DNA from: Mustelus asterias
Lineage: Eukaryota
Assembly: GCF_964213995.1 (NCBI RefSeq)
Contig: NW_027590120.1
Coordinates: 1,364,001 to 1,428,000 of the forward strand
Reading direction: 5' to 3'
Length of the DNA: 64,000 nt
Part shown: positions 22,266 through 35,550 of the stretch, piece by piece
Layout of the letters: each line of letters begins with the position of its first letter
Position numbering within the stretch: the first letter of the stretch is position 1
Position numbers and translations under genes: made by a program
Notes under the pieces: model-generated
Told to the model about the DNA's origin: nothing
The model's input: only the letters and a program-made list of their open reading frames with translations
Databases searched by the model: none

Positions 22266-23273
22266 TGACAGTGATTTTTCCAATCAGCTGACCATCGTCA
22301 TTTTAGCCATTGTCTTCCTACAGGTCCGTCACCCGAAAGACATGTTCCTCATTAAAAAAATCTCCGTTTAATTCCAGATTTGTCACATGCCAGCGAGCCC
22401 ATTGTCGTGAAAACAATGTCTCTGAACCATTGGACCACCCGGGCTCCGCCATCACCAGCTCAGTGTTGCCTTTTCCATCATTCCTTGCGTCAGATAATCC
22501 ATCCTCCCTTGTAGTCTGTGACGAACCATATCTTCTGCCATTTTTAAGAAGTGACCCCGATTTACAATCTGAAAATGCAGAGAAAACTCAGCAGACTAGT
22601 TGAGATTTAACAAATATATGAATAATATAACTCTTCCCTTAGTCGGCAATGAAAAGGATTTGGAAATATTTCTGCCCAGTTTCCAGCCATGGGAGGCGGA
22701 CGTGATAACTGCAGTGGAATGTTTGCTGTCATTGGTTGAACACATCACTGGTGTTAGATCCAGAAGGGGCCATTTTGCAGGATAAGTTTGTGGTGAAAGC
22801 GGTCTGGTGTGAAAATTAAAATAACAAAAAGGTCATGAAAAAAGCAATTGTAAAACACGCTGTAATCTGCTGCTCTGGCGGTTAGAGTTTGACACTTTCG
22901 CTGCTGTGTTGATTGCAGGGCAGGAAATGAAGATTTATTGCTCTCCTCCAACCACGAAAACAGTTATTTCCCGGGAGAACACAGAAATCCCAGTCTCGCC
23001 TTGTATCCTATTATTTCTGAAGTGAATACCCTGAACAAATTCAACAGCAAGTCATGGTGTCCTTTCTGGGAACCAGACAAAGTTGAGGACAATTTAAATG
23101 GTGCCAGCGCTTCACTGCAGTTCATTGCGTTTCTAACTGGAGATGATCGTTGTTTGTTACAGAGTTCAGGATCATCTGATTCGGTGAAGATTTCCTGCTG
23201 GCCCATCTCCACGGATTCTGGAATATTTCAGTATCAATACAAGAAAAGGACATGATTGCTACGTCTGCCTCGT

Positions 23274-23355
23274 GGTAGTGTGGCCGAGCGGTCTAAGGCG
23301 CTGCATTTGGGTTCTAATCTCTTCGGGGCCGTGGCGTCGAATCCCACTGCTACCA
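23274..23355 (+). pseudogene. tRNA-Leu pseudogene (paralog of 29089-29170)
   Basis: GGTAGTGTGGCCGAGCGGTCTAAGGCGCTGCATTTGGGTTCTAA... with a broken anticodon stem and B box. Confidence 0.85.
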
Positions 23356-23434
23356 GAATTGATTTCAATTTTTGTCCTTACAGTTGAAGTCCAACAGCTC
23401 ACATTGAATGCAGGAGTGTGTGCAGTGTGTTTTT

Positions 23435-23670
23435 GACAGACGCCTTCGTAAGAACAGGACGTGGCTCTCGACTCATCGATCGACAGTTCCGACGCGCCAC
23501 AGCGAAAAACCACACCTATCTCCTCAGAAGACAAACACGGGACACGGCCGACAGAGTGCCCTTCGTCGTCCTGTACTTCCGTGGAGTGGAGGAGCTACAA
23601 CATCTTCTTCGGAGCCTTTAACATGTCATTGATGAATACGAACATCTCGCCAAGGCCATCCCCACATCCC
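23435..23670 (+). mobile_element. Penelope fragment at the same position as the insertion at 29250
   Basis: LTDAFVRTGRGSRLIDRQFRRA...ADRVPFVVLYF. Confidence 0.8.
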
Positions 23671-25126
23671 CAAAACCAGACAGCAATATTTCCAAATGCC
23701 ATTCAATACAGAGTGAGGGAAAAGTTTCATAATTTATGTTTTTGCTAAATGTTAACTGATATGCTGAGTATTTCCAGCATTTTCTGATTGCGAAGTCAGG
23801 AGTCACTCGGTAAAAACAACAAAAGTGAAGGTCTGTAGCAGAGAGCAAGGTAGGATGGATCAACGGACAAAGGAATGCTGGACAAAGCAATATTGAGCAG
23901 GTGATGCTGGAGGCCGGGTGGTCTAGTTTTTCAGAGTGAAGGCTTTCACCGCCAGGGCCCAGGCTTAATGACTGGGGACAAATTGTGAAAATAGAATTTG
24001 TGATGAAAATATTGTCTCTTTCTCATTCCTGATCAACTAATCACAATTGCTGTTTAAAAGCAGCATGCCAGGACGAGTAACCTCTTCCTGTGCTGTAATG
24101 TTCTATAATTGTTTCATTTTCATCCACACTGCTGCTGCATTTAAAGTTTAGTAGTTTATTTTTTTATTGCCACAAGTAGACTTACATTAACAGTGCATGA
24201 AGATACTGTCAAAATCCCCTAGTCGCCTCACTCCGGCGCCTGTTCGTGGACACTGAGGGAGAATTTAGCATGGCCAATGCACCTTTCCAGCAAGTCTTCG
24301 GGCTGTGTGGAAGGAGTGGAGCAAGTTAGTGTGGATGCTGGAATTGGAAACAAAAAGGGAAAATGCTGGAAAATCTCAGCATGTCTGGCTACATCTGTAA
24401 GAAGAGAAGAGAGCTAACGTTCCGAGTCCAGATCACCCTTTGTCAAAACTGGGCGGAGTGGAGTTGCTCCGATAGAGAATACAAACGGGAACACAGGCTG
24501 AATGGTTGTCTGCTGATATAAACAACAGATCGCAAACATTGAGTCTGCAGTCCCGGCCCAGGGGATAGATTGGGACTTTCTAACTGAGGCTCAAATCTTG
24601 TCATGTCCGCTTCCCGTCATTCCTCATTGTGACTTATTTTTATTGAAAGTTATTCAAAATAAAGCAATGAATACAGAGATGATCAACTCATTGCAAATCT
24701 CTCACATCAGCGTCACTGAGGGTCCAGTGATCAGGATCAGCGCCGTGACGCGGTTTAGATTCCCAGTCACGGAGTGAATAACTTTTTGTTCAATTCTTCA
24801 TTTAATGAAAACACGCCTCAGAGCGTCTGTGAAGGGAGCAACATCTAAATCTTTCAGCCGGATGAACTTGCATCTCAGTTGGAAAAGTCAGAGATGTAAC
24901 ACTAACGATAAACTCTGAAGAAGATTCACATGACACGCACAACATACATGTCAGATACACACACAGCACACATGTCAAATCATGTCACTTTCAAGTTCCG
25001 TCTTTTAACCTCCTGCTCTCCACCTCAGACATTTCCACATTCATCAAAAATCTCCAAACTCAAACCCCACCCTGTGCCTTAATCCATTGATAATGCTACC
25101 CGTACCGCAAGTACTTTGCAGCATTT

Positions 25127-25199
25127 GGCTCCATAGCTCAGTGGTTTGAGCACTGGTCTTGTAAACCAGGGGTCGCGAGTTCAATTCTCACTGGAGCCT
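25127..25199 (+). tRNA. tRNA-Thr(TGT), near-intact
   Basis: GGCTCCATAGCTCAGTGGTTTGAGCACTGGTCTTGTAAACCAGGGGTCGCGAGTTCAATTCTCACTGGAGCCT, 73 nt. It has A21>T and one C:A mismatch in the T stem. Confidence 0.75.
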
Positions 25200-25429
25200 G
25201 CCGACAAAACTTTGCTAATATGAGCTGTAGGGAAAAGGCAGATCGAGTGGGAGGCCTTATGGGTCGAGGGGCAGATTGGGTGCAACTTTAGAAAACAAAA
25301 ACGTATTCTCATTCGTGCAAAAATAGAAAGAGCAGAACATACTTGACGAGCTAAAAAATGTAAATATTGATATTAAGAATAGAATAGATGCGTTTGTACT
25401 CGAATGCATGAAGGTGAAGCAGATAATTG

Positions 25430-26478
25430 GAAGGGAAATTACATTTTGGTCTTTCTTGCCGGCAGACTGGAGTTCAAGAATAACAAGGTGTTTCTGCTGT
25501 TGCATTGGGTTTTGTTGAGACCAGGTTGAATATTCTGTGCAGATGTGATAGTCACATTTAAAAAGGGATATGCTTGCATTGGAAGCGGTAAAGAGAAGGT
25601 TCACCAGATTGCTCCCTGGGGTGAGGGAGTTGTCCTGTGATGAAATTCTCTGGAGTTTAGAAGAATAAGAGGCGATCTCTTTAAACCTACACAGTTCTGA
25701 TTAGGTTTGACAGGATGGAGACTGAGAGATTTTTTTTCTGCTGGTCGGGAATCTAACCCACTGCGGCACAGATAAGGGGCTGGTCATTTCGTGCGAAGAT
25801 AAGGAGCAATTACTTCACTCAAAGGGCGAGAATCTTTGGCATTCTCTGTACCTGACAGTTATGTATGCCCCCCTCATCGAGCACATTTAACGCTGGGATA
25901 AACAGGGTTCTGATCTCTTGAAGAATTTAGCGATATGGGGAGCTGGTGGAAAAACAAAGTTGCAGCCCAACATCAGCCATGATGGTATTGAATGGTGGAA
26001 ATCTCGATGGACCGAGTGGTCTGCTCCTCCTCCTATGATTCATGTTAGAATAAAAACAGAAAGGACTGGAAGTTCTCAGGAGGGCTTGCAACAAATGTGG
26101 AGCAAAACAGAGAGTTAAGTTTCCGAGTTCAATATGACTCTTTTCAAACCAGTAGCCACGTGTGAATTATATGATTCCAAAATCACGAGGGGTGATCACG
26201 AGGGGTCACGGGCTCAAGCTGAGAGGGGCGAAGTATAACTCAGATATCAGAGGGACGTTTTTTACACAGAGGGTGGTGGGGGCCTGGAATGCGCTGCCAA
26301 GTAGAGTGGTGGAGGCAGGCACGCTGACATCGTTTAAGACTTACCTGGATAGTCACATGAGCAGCCTGGGAATGGAGGGATACAAACGATTGGTCTAGTT
26401 GGACCAAGGAGCGGCACAGGCTTGGAGGGCCGAAGGGCCTGTTTCCTGTGCTGTACTGTTCTTTGTTCTTTGTTCTTA
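25430..26478 (+). mobile_element. Two CR1 3' fragments (old 25430-26045; young 26185-26478)
   Basis: TRGHGLKLRG...FFTQRVVGAWNALP followed by a (TTCTTTG)n tail. Confidence 0.8.
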
Positions 26479-29088
26479 TAACAACTAGCACAACATCCAG
26501 ACTGCGAATTGAATTGGATCCAGGCAGTGAAAGCCTTGAATTTAAACTGCTGCAGGATTTATGTTGGAAAATTGTTCAGGAAAGTGAGCTGCCAACTGAA
26601 AGTTTGGAGGTTTGAGAGCACCCCGAGCCGAATAGACTCCCTCTATTTCTGTTTCTACTTATATTCCAACAAAGATATTCTTTGTATCCTTCTGCAATAG
26701 GGAAATATTGTCCAAACTTTGCCAGTCTTGCTAATATTCACTAAATTGTCATACAAATCGATCGATGAATATTCATTTCAAATAAAACGAGATACCATTA
26801 GGTCATGCTGTTGTATATTTCCAACCTATTAGAAATATGGGATTCACAGTAACTGAGAGAAATTGATGCTGTAGTTGCAGATATAGAACTGGAACGCACC
26901 ATCACACCGAGTGAATCCACTGTCTGTTTAAATGTTGATCAGTGAAAATTTCAATCATCCTCTGCTGTGTAACACACGGCCACGGAGTCAATGAGCAATA
27001 GCCAGTCAAAAGAATCCTGTATCAGTCAATCTTTCTCGCAACTTTCAAACATGTTGTTATTCTCTGTACCATTTGCCATTGAGGTACATGAATAAGTGAA
27101 CGCAGTTTGTGATGGTAAAAGATGTGTTCACCCCTTCTGGGAACTGAATCACATTGATGCACAGAGGAACACACACAGACACCGAGAGTCACAGAGGGGT
27201 GACGAGACACAAACACATGTCACTAACTGGGTTCAGTTTTGTTCCATTTCTGGCTGGGGTTTTGGTGAATTCTAGCTGATGAACAGAAATGAAGGAACGT
27301 AGAAGTGAAACAGGAAAAACAGATGGGAATACTTGAAAGATTTTGATTCCATTGAACGAATAATTAATTCTGCAGCCACCTAAAGGAATGAATGCTGAGC
27401 AGCGCAGTGGGTGAGGTTCAAATCTTCGTGAGAAAACAGCAATTTCAAATCCACCGCCTGAGCCGCTTGGCCACCACTGCAACCGATGTCAATGTGTTAG
27501 TGTCACTCAGATCAAACCATTAAATAGTTACAGCAACAAAAGGGAACATTCGGTCCCAGGAGATCACGGTGCACCTTTCATCCCTCTTTTTTCTTCCTTA
27601 CAAAATGCCACACGCCGAACAGACAAACAAGCTGCACATTTTGGCAGTGGTGGCATTTAAACCCACAACTTTTGAGATATTGAAGCTTTGATTTAGCAAC
27701 TAAAACCATTCGGCCCCACTGCCAGTCGAAGCCACGTGCTAACCGTTGCGCAGAGTGATATCTGCAACGGATGAGAATATAATTGGGATTTTGGATGGAA
27801 TATTTCGCCCCTCAAGCCCCTCACAATATTTTGGAATCATAGCCAAGCACTTGTTTTCCATCTGTTTCATTTCTGACTTTTCTAGCTCTGATGAAAGATC
27901 CAGATGCAAGATTAGCTTTGTTTCTCACTCCACAGACGCTGCCAGATCTGGTTTCATTCAATGAGGGTTTCCTTTTCATGGTGTCAGTTCACACAGCAAT
28001 ACAAACGAATTACTCTCTGGCTGGGGATTGAATCCAGTCCAGAGTGATGAAAGTGCCAAATCCAAACCACTGGTCCAGCAGGGAAGCTGACAGTGACTTT
28101 CCCAATCAGCGGATCATCGTCATTTTAGCCATTCTCTTCCTTCCCTTCCGTCACACAATAGACAGGTTCCTCATTTTTGAAAAACAATACTCTGCTTCTT
28201 ACCACATTTGCCACCTGCCATCGAGCCCATGGTCGTGAAAACGATGACGTTGCACCATTGGAATACCCGAGTTCCACCATCACCAGCTCAATGTTGCCTT
28301 GTCTATCATTCCTTGTGTCAAATAATACATCCTCCTTTGTTTTCTGTGCCGAACCTCACCTTCTGTCCTTTTTATAGAGTGACCCCTGACTTCACAATTA
28401 GAAAATGCAGGAAAAACCCATCAGACTAATTAAAATTTGCAGATATATGAATAAAATAACTTTTCCCTCAGTCTGCAATGAAAATGATTTGGAAAAAACA
28501 AATCTGCCAAGTTTCATACCATGGCAGGCGGACGCGGTAACTGTCATAGAATCATTCCTGTAATTGGCTGAACACTTCTCTGGTGTTGAAACAGAAGTTG
28601 CCATTTTGCAGGAGAGGTTTGTGGTGAAAGTGGTCTGGCGTGGAAATTAAAATAACAAAAGGATCGTGGCCTGGTCTGGTGGTTAGAATTTGACACTTCC
28701 GCTGCTGTTTTGATTGCAGGTCAGGAAATGAAGATTTATTGCTCTCCTCCAATCCGTGAGAACAAATATCAGTTATTTCCCGGCAGAACGCACAAATCTC
28801 AGTCTCGCCTTGTGTCCTGTCCTTTCTCAAGTGAAGACCCTGAGCAAATTCAACAGGAAGGCATATTGTCCTTTCTGGGAGACAGACGAGCTTAAGGACA
28901 GTTTAAATGGAGCCGGCCCTTCACTGCAGCTCATTGTGTTTCTGACTGGAGATGATTTTTGTTTGCTACACATTTCAGGATCATCTGATTCGGTTACGAT
29001 TTCGTCATGGCCCATCCCAACTCCATGAGTTTTGATATATTTCAGTATTAATGCAATGGAACGACATGATTAGGGTACTTTCTTGTGT

Positions 29089-29170
29089 GGTAGCGTGGCC
29101 GAGCGGTCTAAGGCGCTGGATTTAGGCTCCAGTCTCTCTCGAGGCGTGGGTTCGAATCCCACCGCTGCCA
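29089..29170 (+). tRNA. tRNA-Leu(TAG), intact
   Basis: GGTAGCGTGGCCGAGCGGTCTAAGGCGCTGGATTTAGGCTCCAGTCTCTCTCGAGGCGTGGGTTCGAATCCCACCGCTGCCA, 82 nt with a variable arm, and a TTTTT terminator at 29184-29188. Confidence 0.93.
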
Positions 29171-29249
29171 GAGTTGGTGCAAGTTTTTGTCCTTGGAGCT
29201 GAAGTCCAACAGCTCGGGTTGAACGGAGGAATCTGAGCGGTGTCGTTTT

Positions 29250-30486
29250 TGACAGATGCCCTTGCGAGAACAGGATATTGCGCTTGACTAATCGATCGAC
29301 AGTTCCGACAAAAAGAAATTGCCCCTTAGAGTCCTGGGATGTGTAGGTTAGAGGGATTAGCGGGTAAATATGTGGGGGTAGGGCCTTGGTGGGATTGTGG
29401 TCGGTGCAGACTGGATGGGCCGAATGGCCTCCTTCTGCACTGTAGGGTTTCTATGATTTCTATGACACGCCACAGCAAAAACACGCACCGACCTCCTCAG
29501 AAGACAAGTACGGGACACAGCCCTCAGAGTGCCCTTCCTCCTCCAGTACGTCCCCAGAGTGCAGAAGCCAAGACATCTTAGGAGTGGAGAAACTATGACA
29601 TCTTCTTCGGAGCCTTCAGCGTACAATCGATGAAGACGAATATCACGCGAAGGCCATCTCCACGCCCCCACTACTTGCCTTCAAAAAACAGAGCAACCTT
29701 AAACAGACCATTGTTCGCAGAAAACTACCCAGCCTTCAAGAGAACAGCGACCACGACACCACACAACCCTGCCACGGCAACCTCTCCAAGATGTGTTGGA
29801 TCATCGACCCGGATGCCACCATCACACGTGAGATCAGAATCCACCAGCTGGACGATACATACACATGCAACTCGGCCAACGTTGTCTACCTCATACGCTG
29901 CAGGAAAGGATATCCCGAAGCATGGTACATCGCCGAGACCATGCAGACGCTACGACAACAGATGAATGGACACCGCTCGACAATCACCCGGCAAGAGTAT
30001 TCCCTTCCTGTCGGGGAACACTTAAGCAGTCAAGGGCATTCAACCACCGATCTTCGGGTAAGCGGTCTCCAAGGCGGCCTTCAAGACGCACGACAACGCA
30101 GAATCGCTGAGCAGAAACTGACAGCCAAATTCCATACATGAGAACGGCCTCAACCGGGACCTTGCGTTCATGTCACACGACTTGTAACCCCCACCATTTG
30201 ACCTGGTCTTGCAATACCCTACCAACTGGCCTGGCGTGAGCCAATTCACACCGCTTTAACCTTTCATTGTCCCCCTCTCCACTCGCATTGTCTGTACCTG
30301 TAAAGACTTGATTCGCTGTTAAGACACGCATTCCAACCATTATCTTGCAAATGAGTCTGTGTCTTTCTATGCCCTGTTTCTAAACCCAACTCTCCACTCA
30401 CCTGATGAAGGAGCAGTACTCCGAAAGCTCGTGCGACCACGTAAACTGATTGGACTTTAACCTAGTGTTGCGAGACTTCTTTCTGT
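29250..30486 (+). mobile_element. Penelope element 3' portion (GIY-YIG) with a nested HE1 SINE tail (29310-29465)
   Basis: YTCNSANVVYLIRCRKGYPEAWYIAETMQTLRQQMNGHR...LPVGEH...RRIAEQKL. The terminus matches 19278-19370. Confidence 0.9.
30399..30433 (+). ncRNA. Minimal hammerhead ribozyme motif in the Penelope terminus
   Basis: CAC-CUGAUGA-A-GGAG-CAGUA-CUCC-GAAAGCUC-GUG. Confidence 0.7.
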
Positions 30487-30789
30487 GAGGGAGATCAACA
30501 ATGATTTTACTGAATCACGGAACAGGCCCTAATGAAGGAGCAAATGGTTCATTGCAACACCTCTTCCCTATTCTCTGATGTTCTTCTGTACAGCTCATTG
30601 TTCTGAGAATAGATTCAAATTGTTCCTGCTCCTCTCTCTGACGTCATGAATTGAAGAATGAAGACACTCGGCGCTGGTTGGGTGAAATGTAGGATAAAGG
30701 AGCTGTGAGCTGATTGGGTGTCTCCTGCTGGATAGGAATGAACCTATCACCATTGGGGCCGGATATTACTCAACATTTTCTGAACTTTG

Positions 30790-33700
30790 AGCTAAAACAA
30801 TTGAGCTTTAACTCATTGAGTTCCCTTGGGCATTTACTGGAGGAACGCTTTTTAATTTGGAATTACAAGATGAGTTGATACATCAGGTTGAAAGTAACGA
30901 GTGTTTTCTTGTATTAAGTGGCATGGGGGGTTCTGAATCTAACCATGCGAACCAGCACGAACACAGTGCAGTTGAGCATTGTAGTCAGGCCGATTGGGGG
31001 CGATGTGCTGTCATTTGTTTCTGTAGTGCAGTGCTTGTAAAGGACCCGGGTCCGAAACCGGGCAGAAGAAAACATTAAGATGTTTCATGTCGGGTGAGAG
31101 AAATCTGAATTAATTCAGTTTGTTGCTGAACATTATCCGAGTCTCGATTCATGTTATCTTTGCTTGACGTCGGCCTCAAATGCTTCCTGTAAAATAAATG
31201 CTGAATATTTTGACGCACTGACAGGAAAGAAACGTTTCTATTTTGACAACATGCGCATATTAGCATTTCGTTCAGTCTACACCAGAATTTAATGGGTTAA
31301 TAGGTGCAGACTAACATAGTGAATCACTATCTGAAACATGCCTAATCGTAGTGTGTGCTCAAAAAGACAGATACAAGTGAAACGGTAAGTGAGCACTGTC
31401 AGCTGTTCCTGTAGTGTAGTGGTTATCACGTTCGCCTCACACACGATAAATTCCCAGTTCGAAACGGGCAGAAATGCTGTTGGATCGTTCGCATTAAGCG
31501 TGAGCGGAGTCTGCACGATGTAGGTTCGTTGCTCAACGTCATGCGAATCCGATATAATCTTATATGGTCATGTTATATGGGCTTTGACGTCGGCCTCAAA
31601 TGCATTTACGAAAATCGGAACTGATGCATTTTAGGACGCAGGGAATGAAGAACTCTATTGTTTGTTCATATATTCGCAACTCGTGCAGTCCACAAATGTA
31701 TTCAATGGGTTTTTGGTGCAGACTAACATAGTTAATCACCATCTGAAACATGTCAAATTGTATTGTGTGCTCATAAAGAGAGACACAATTGAAATTGGAA
31801 CTGAATTGGAGTAAATGGCGCGCATTTCGCAGAAGCACGTTTTTAAAATTGCTCTTCACAATAAAGAAAAAGCTAAAACCACTCAGACCCATGTGGAAAT
31901 CGAGATTCAGTGCGGACCTCCTGGACTTCCGATAGATGAACGTGATTTAGGCGCCAGAATACTTCACAAACAGAATAGCGGGGATTCAAGTATATTTTAA
32001 AGGATGAATGTTGTCAATCTCAAATAAGCACCATGGCATGTGTATTACGCAGTGACTCTATTTCTTTTGTTGGTCAGTCATGTTTGCAAGAAAATGTTGT
32101 ATATTTCAGAGGTATCCAATTCAGAATGAGGACATCTGTGTTAAATAAACGTACTGAAATTAAATATTGAATAACTACAAATATTTGATATAATTGTTTG
32201 AAATTATTTGACGGGAGATGAGAATGATGTATTAATGATTGAGCGGAAATCGTTGCCGCCTGAGACATTTGCCTGACGAAGTTCAAGATAAGTTGAGATA
32301 TCAGGTTGAAAAATCGGATTTGTTCTTCTATTAAGTGACATGGACCCTCAATGTGACCAGGAGAACCTGCAGCAACACAATGTAGTTCAACATTGTAGTC
32401 AGGCCAATTGGCGGTGCGGCGCATTCTCTTGTTTCTGTGGTGCAGTGGTTATCACATTCGCCGAACACGTGAAATATCACCGCTTTAGAACCGGGCAGAA
32501 CATACATCAGCTTTCCCATGTAGGGTGAGGGAAGTCTGTATGATTTCAGATCGTTGCTGGACATCATCCAAATCTCGATGTTACATCTTTGCTGTGAGCT
32601 CGGCCTCAAATATTTTCTGTAAAATAAGAAATGCTGATTCTTTTGACGCACTGACAGGAAATTTTCAATTTTGACAACCTGCACATATTAGCATCTCTTT
32701 CAGCCTATAACAGAATTTAATGGGTTTATAGGTGCAGACGAACATAGTTAATTATCATCTGAAACATGTCTAATAGCAGTGTGCGCTCAAAAAGACAGAC
32801 ACAAGACATAGTGCAAGCGAACTAGAGGAAATGACGCACGTTTCCTGCAGCCTTTTTTTGAAATCGTTCTTCATAACAAAAAAATAGGAAAAATCACTCA
32901 GCCAGATGAGGAAATCGAGACTCAGTGCGGATCTATTGGACTTTCCTATAGATAGCCGGAATTTATGCGCCTGAATGTTTCACACCCATAATTAAAAGGC
33001 TCAAGTGCAACTAACAGATATATTTTCAATCTCTTCCATTTAAATGTAGTTGATTTTGTTTAACATCAGCGTTTGTTCAAGTTCAAAATTGCGAACTGCA
33101 TTGCCCGGTGACTCGCTTCCTTCTGTTGGTCAGTTATGTTTGCAATTCATGATATTCAATTTCAGAGATATTCAAATCATAAAGAAGATCTATGTGTTAA
33201 ATAATGTACTGACATTAAATATTGGATAATGAAACACATACTGAGTACAATTGTAAAATGAGCTTTGACGAATGTCATCTGGACACGGAACGTCAGCTCT
33301 TTTTTCTCCTTACAGATACTGCCAGACCTTACGAGATTTTCCAGCATTTTCTCTTTTGGTTTCAGATTCCAGCATCCGCGGTAAATTGTTTTTATTACCG
33401 AGTACAATTGGTTGAGATTATTCGAAGCAAGATGAGTATGATGCATTAATGCATGAGCAGAAATCATTGCTCCCTTAGATATTTTCCAGACGAACGCTTC
33501 TAAGGTTTGAAGATAAATTGAGCAATCAGATTGAAAGTAACGGCTATCTTCCTGAAACATGGGGGGCGGGGGGCGGGGGGGGGGGGGGGCGGAAGGGGGG
33601 GGGGCGGAGGAGAGGGGGCTCTCTGTCTAACCATTTGAACGTGCAGCACCACAGCGCAGTTGAACATTGCAGACTGGCCGATTTGCTATCGGCTCGGTCA

Positions 33701-34060
33701 GCTGTTTCTGTAGTGTGGTGGTTATCAGGTTCACCTGACACGTGATAAGTCCCTGGTTCAAAACCAAGCAAAAACGTTCATTAAGCTTTCTCATTAAGAT
33801 TGAGGGAAATCTGTATCATTCCCGTTCGTTGGTCAACATTATCCGAATCTCGAGATTACAGCCACCTTACCTTTGCTCTGACCTCGGCCTCAAATGTTTT
33901 CTGTAAAATAAGGGATACTGATATTTCTTTGACGCACTGACAGGAAAGGAACGTTTCGATTTTGGCACCGTGCACATATTCGCATCGCGTAGTGCAGTGG
34001 GTGTCATGTTCGACTCACACGCGAAAGTTCCCGCTTCAAGACCAGGCAGAAATATTTCCA
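30790..34060 (+). pseudogene. Array of five tRNA-Val pseudogenes (about 31017, 31405, 32431, 33704, 33982) in an inverted copy of the 3.0-5.1 kb Val unit
   Basis: GTTTCTGTAGTG... heads with mutated arms. The flanks are reverse complements of 3000-4100. Confidence 0.8.
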
Positions 34061-35194
34061 AATATTGTTATTTCAAAATGATTCAGATTTCAGAATTATT
34101 CTCGTTTCTCACGAAACATTAATTGAGCTGTTGAGTTTTTGCGGGATTTATGATGGAGAACCTTCAGTAAAGATATTAAATGGAAGGTCTGTGATAGAAA
34201 GCTAACAGGATGGATTAACTGACACAAAGAATGATGGACAAGGGCAACATTGGCTGGTTCTCATTATTTTTGAACTTTTACTGCTTTCCTGGGTGAACTC
34301 CAGCTCCCCATTCCTCTGGCAATGTCACCGCTCAAACTGAATCTTTCTCCATCCCGCTTTGTTAATCTCACTGTTCCTGCTTTCTGAATGAAAACTGCTT
34401 GCAATTAGTCGAAGACAAATAGTTTACTGGTGAATTCAGTGAGAAGTTTTCTTGTCATTTCGCCCGAGATTTTTATCCAGAAATGAATGATATTTCTGGC
34501 AGTGCAAACGGTCCAATCTGACAATTACCATCCAGATTTGCCTTGTATCACCATTTCCATCATCAGCACTTTGCGTCCGATCAATGTCCTTCACTATCTG
34601 TGTTTGTTCTTGACCTGTTGTCCACGTGACATTTCCAATTCGGAAGCAAAACTGCAAATCTCACTCCACTGATTCTGACAGAGCTGCTTTGGACCAGGAA
34701 GCATTGCTGGTTTGTTTGTAAAAAATATTAAATCTTAATATATCGATGGCAGTCTGTAACCCTGAAAGCGCCGAACCCCTAACCACGAGGCCACCAGGAT
34801 CTCTTTTGCCCGATTCTCCCAGATACTGATTACAGGAATGTACACAGCGCCCAATTATCCGCAGCCACACTATCCTTCCTTTCTGTCCAGATATGAAATT
34901 GTTCACATTTTCACACTGGTGTGACGAAAGCAGAGCTGCGATAAGCTGCTGTTCAGCATTTTTACCACAATATGGTTTCCATCAGTTCGATGCTAACATT
35001 GCTCTTTGAATGTGATGAGCGACAGTGAAATGTAATGCAGTTGAAGGTAGAGTACACATTTTGACAGGAGGAAAACGTGAATATGAATTGCAGTGGGTAA
35101 TTGACGGGCTTGTGGAATGGGGCTGTTATTTCTGCCTGCTGTTCAAATTGGTACAGGTACTGAACGGCCATTTTCAAACTGCAGTCGCCCGCTG

Positions 35195-35516
35195 TGTTCC
35201 GTGGTGTAATGGTGAGCACTGTGGACTGTGAATCCAGCTCTCCGAGTTCACATTTCGTTGGAACCTCTCTTTCCGTTTGCCAATGCCGATGATTGATTTG
35301 CTGAAGGACATTTCGTTTAGTTTTTTTACGAAGTTCGAATTGAGAGGACAATTTGTCAGCCAGTTCAACAGCTATTACAATGTACATTGCTGAGCCCCTG
35401 GCGCCAGATATCTGCAACACCAGCATTTTTTCATCTTTTCGCTACTCTTTAACTCCTAAGTTGAAAGAAAGGAGAAGTTGGTTTCATCCAATAACAATTA
35501 TTGGCAGTTATTGAGC

Positions 35517-35550
<34 letters not shown>

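Larger units (their letters stand above)
23913..28084. pseudogene. Group of degenerate tRNA pseudogenes: Glu (23913-23980 +, 24713-24775 +, 26490-26555 -, 28013-28084 -), Asn-like (about 26570-26630 +), Ser-TGA (27404-27480 -), Leu (27642-27723 -)
   Basis: Recognisable but mutated tRNA bodies. Examples: 28084-28013 TCCCTGCTGGACCAGTGGTTTGGATTTGGCACTTTCATCAC... (Glu-TTC) and 27480-27404 GCAGTGGTGGCCAAGCGGCTCAGGCGGTGGATTTGAAAT... (Ser). Confidence 0.6.

Noticed and set aside
22255-22275. GACAGTG heptamer-like motif at the V5/tRNA-unit junction, suggesting a RAG-mediated break
   Set aside because: It lacks the essential CAC and has no nonamer at the correct spacing.
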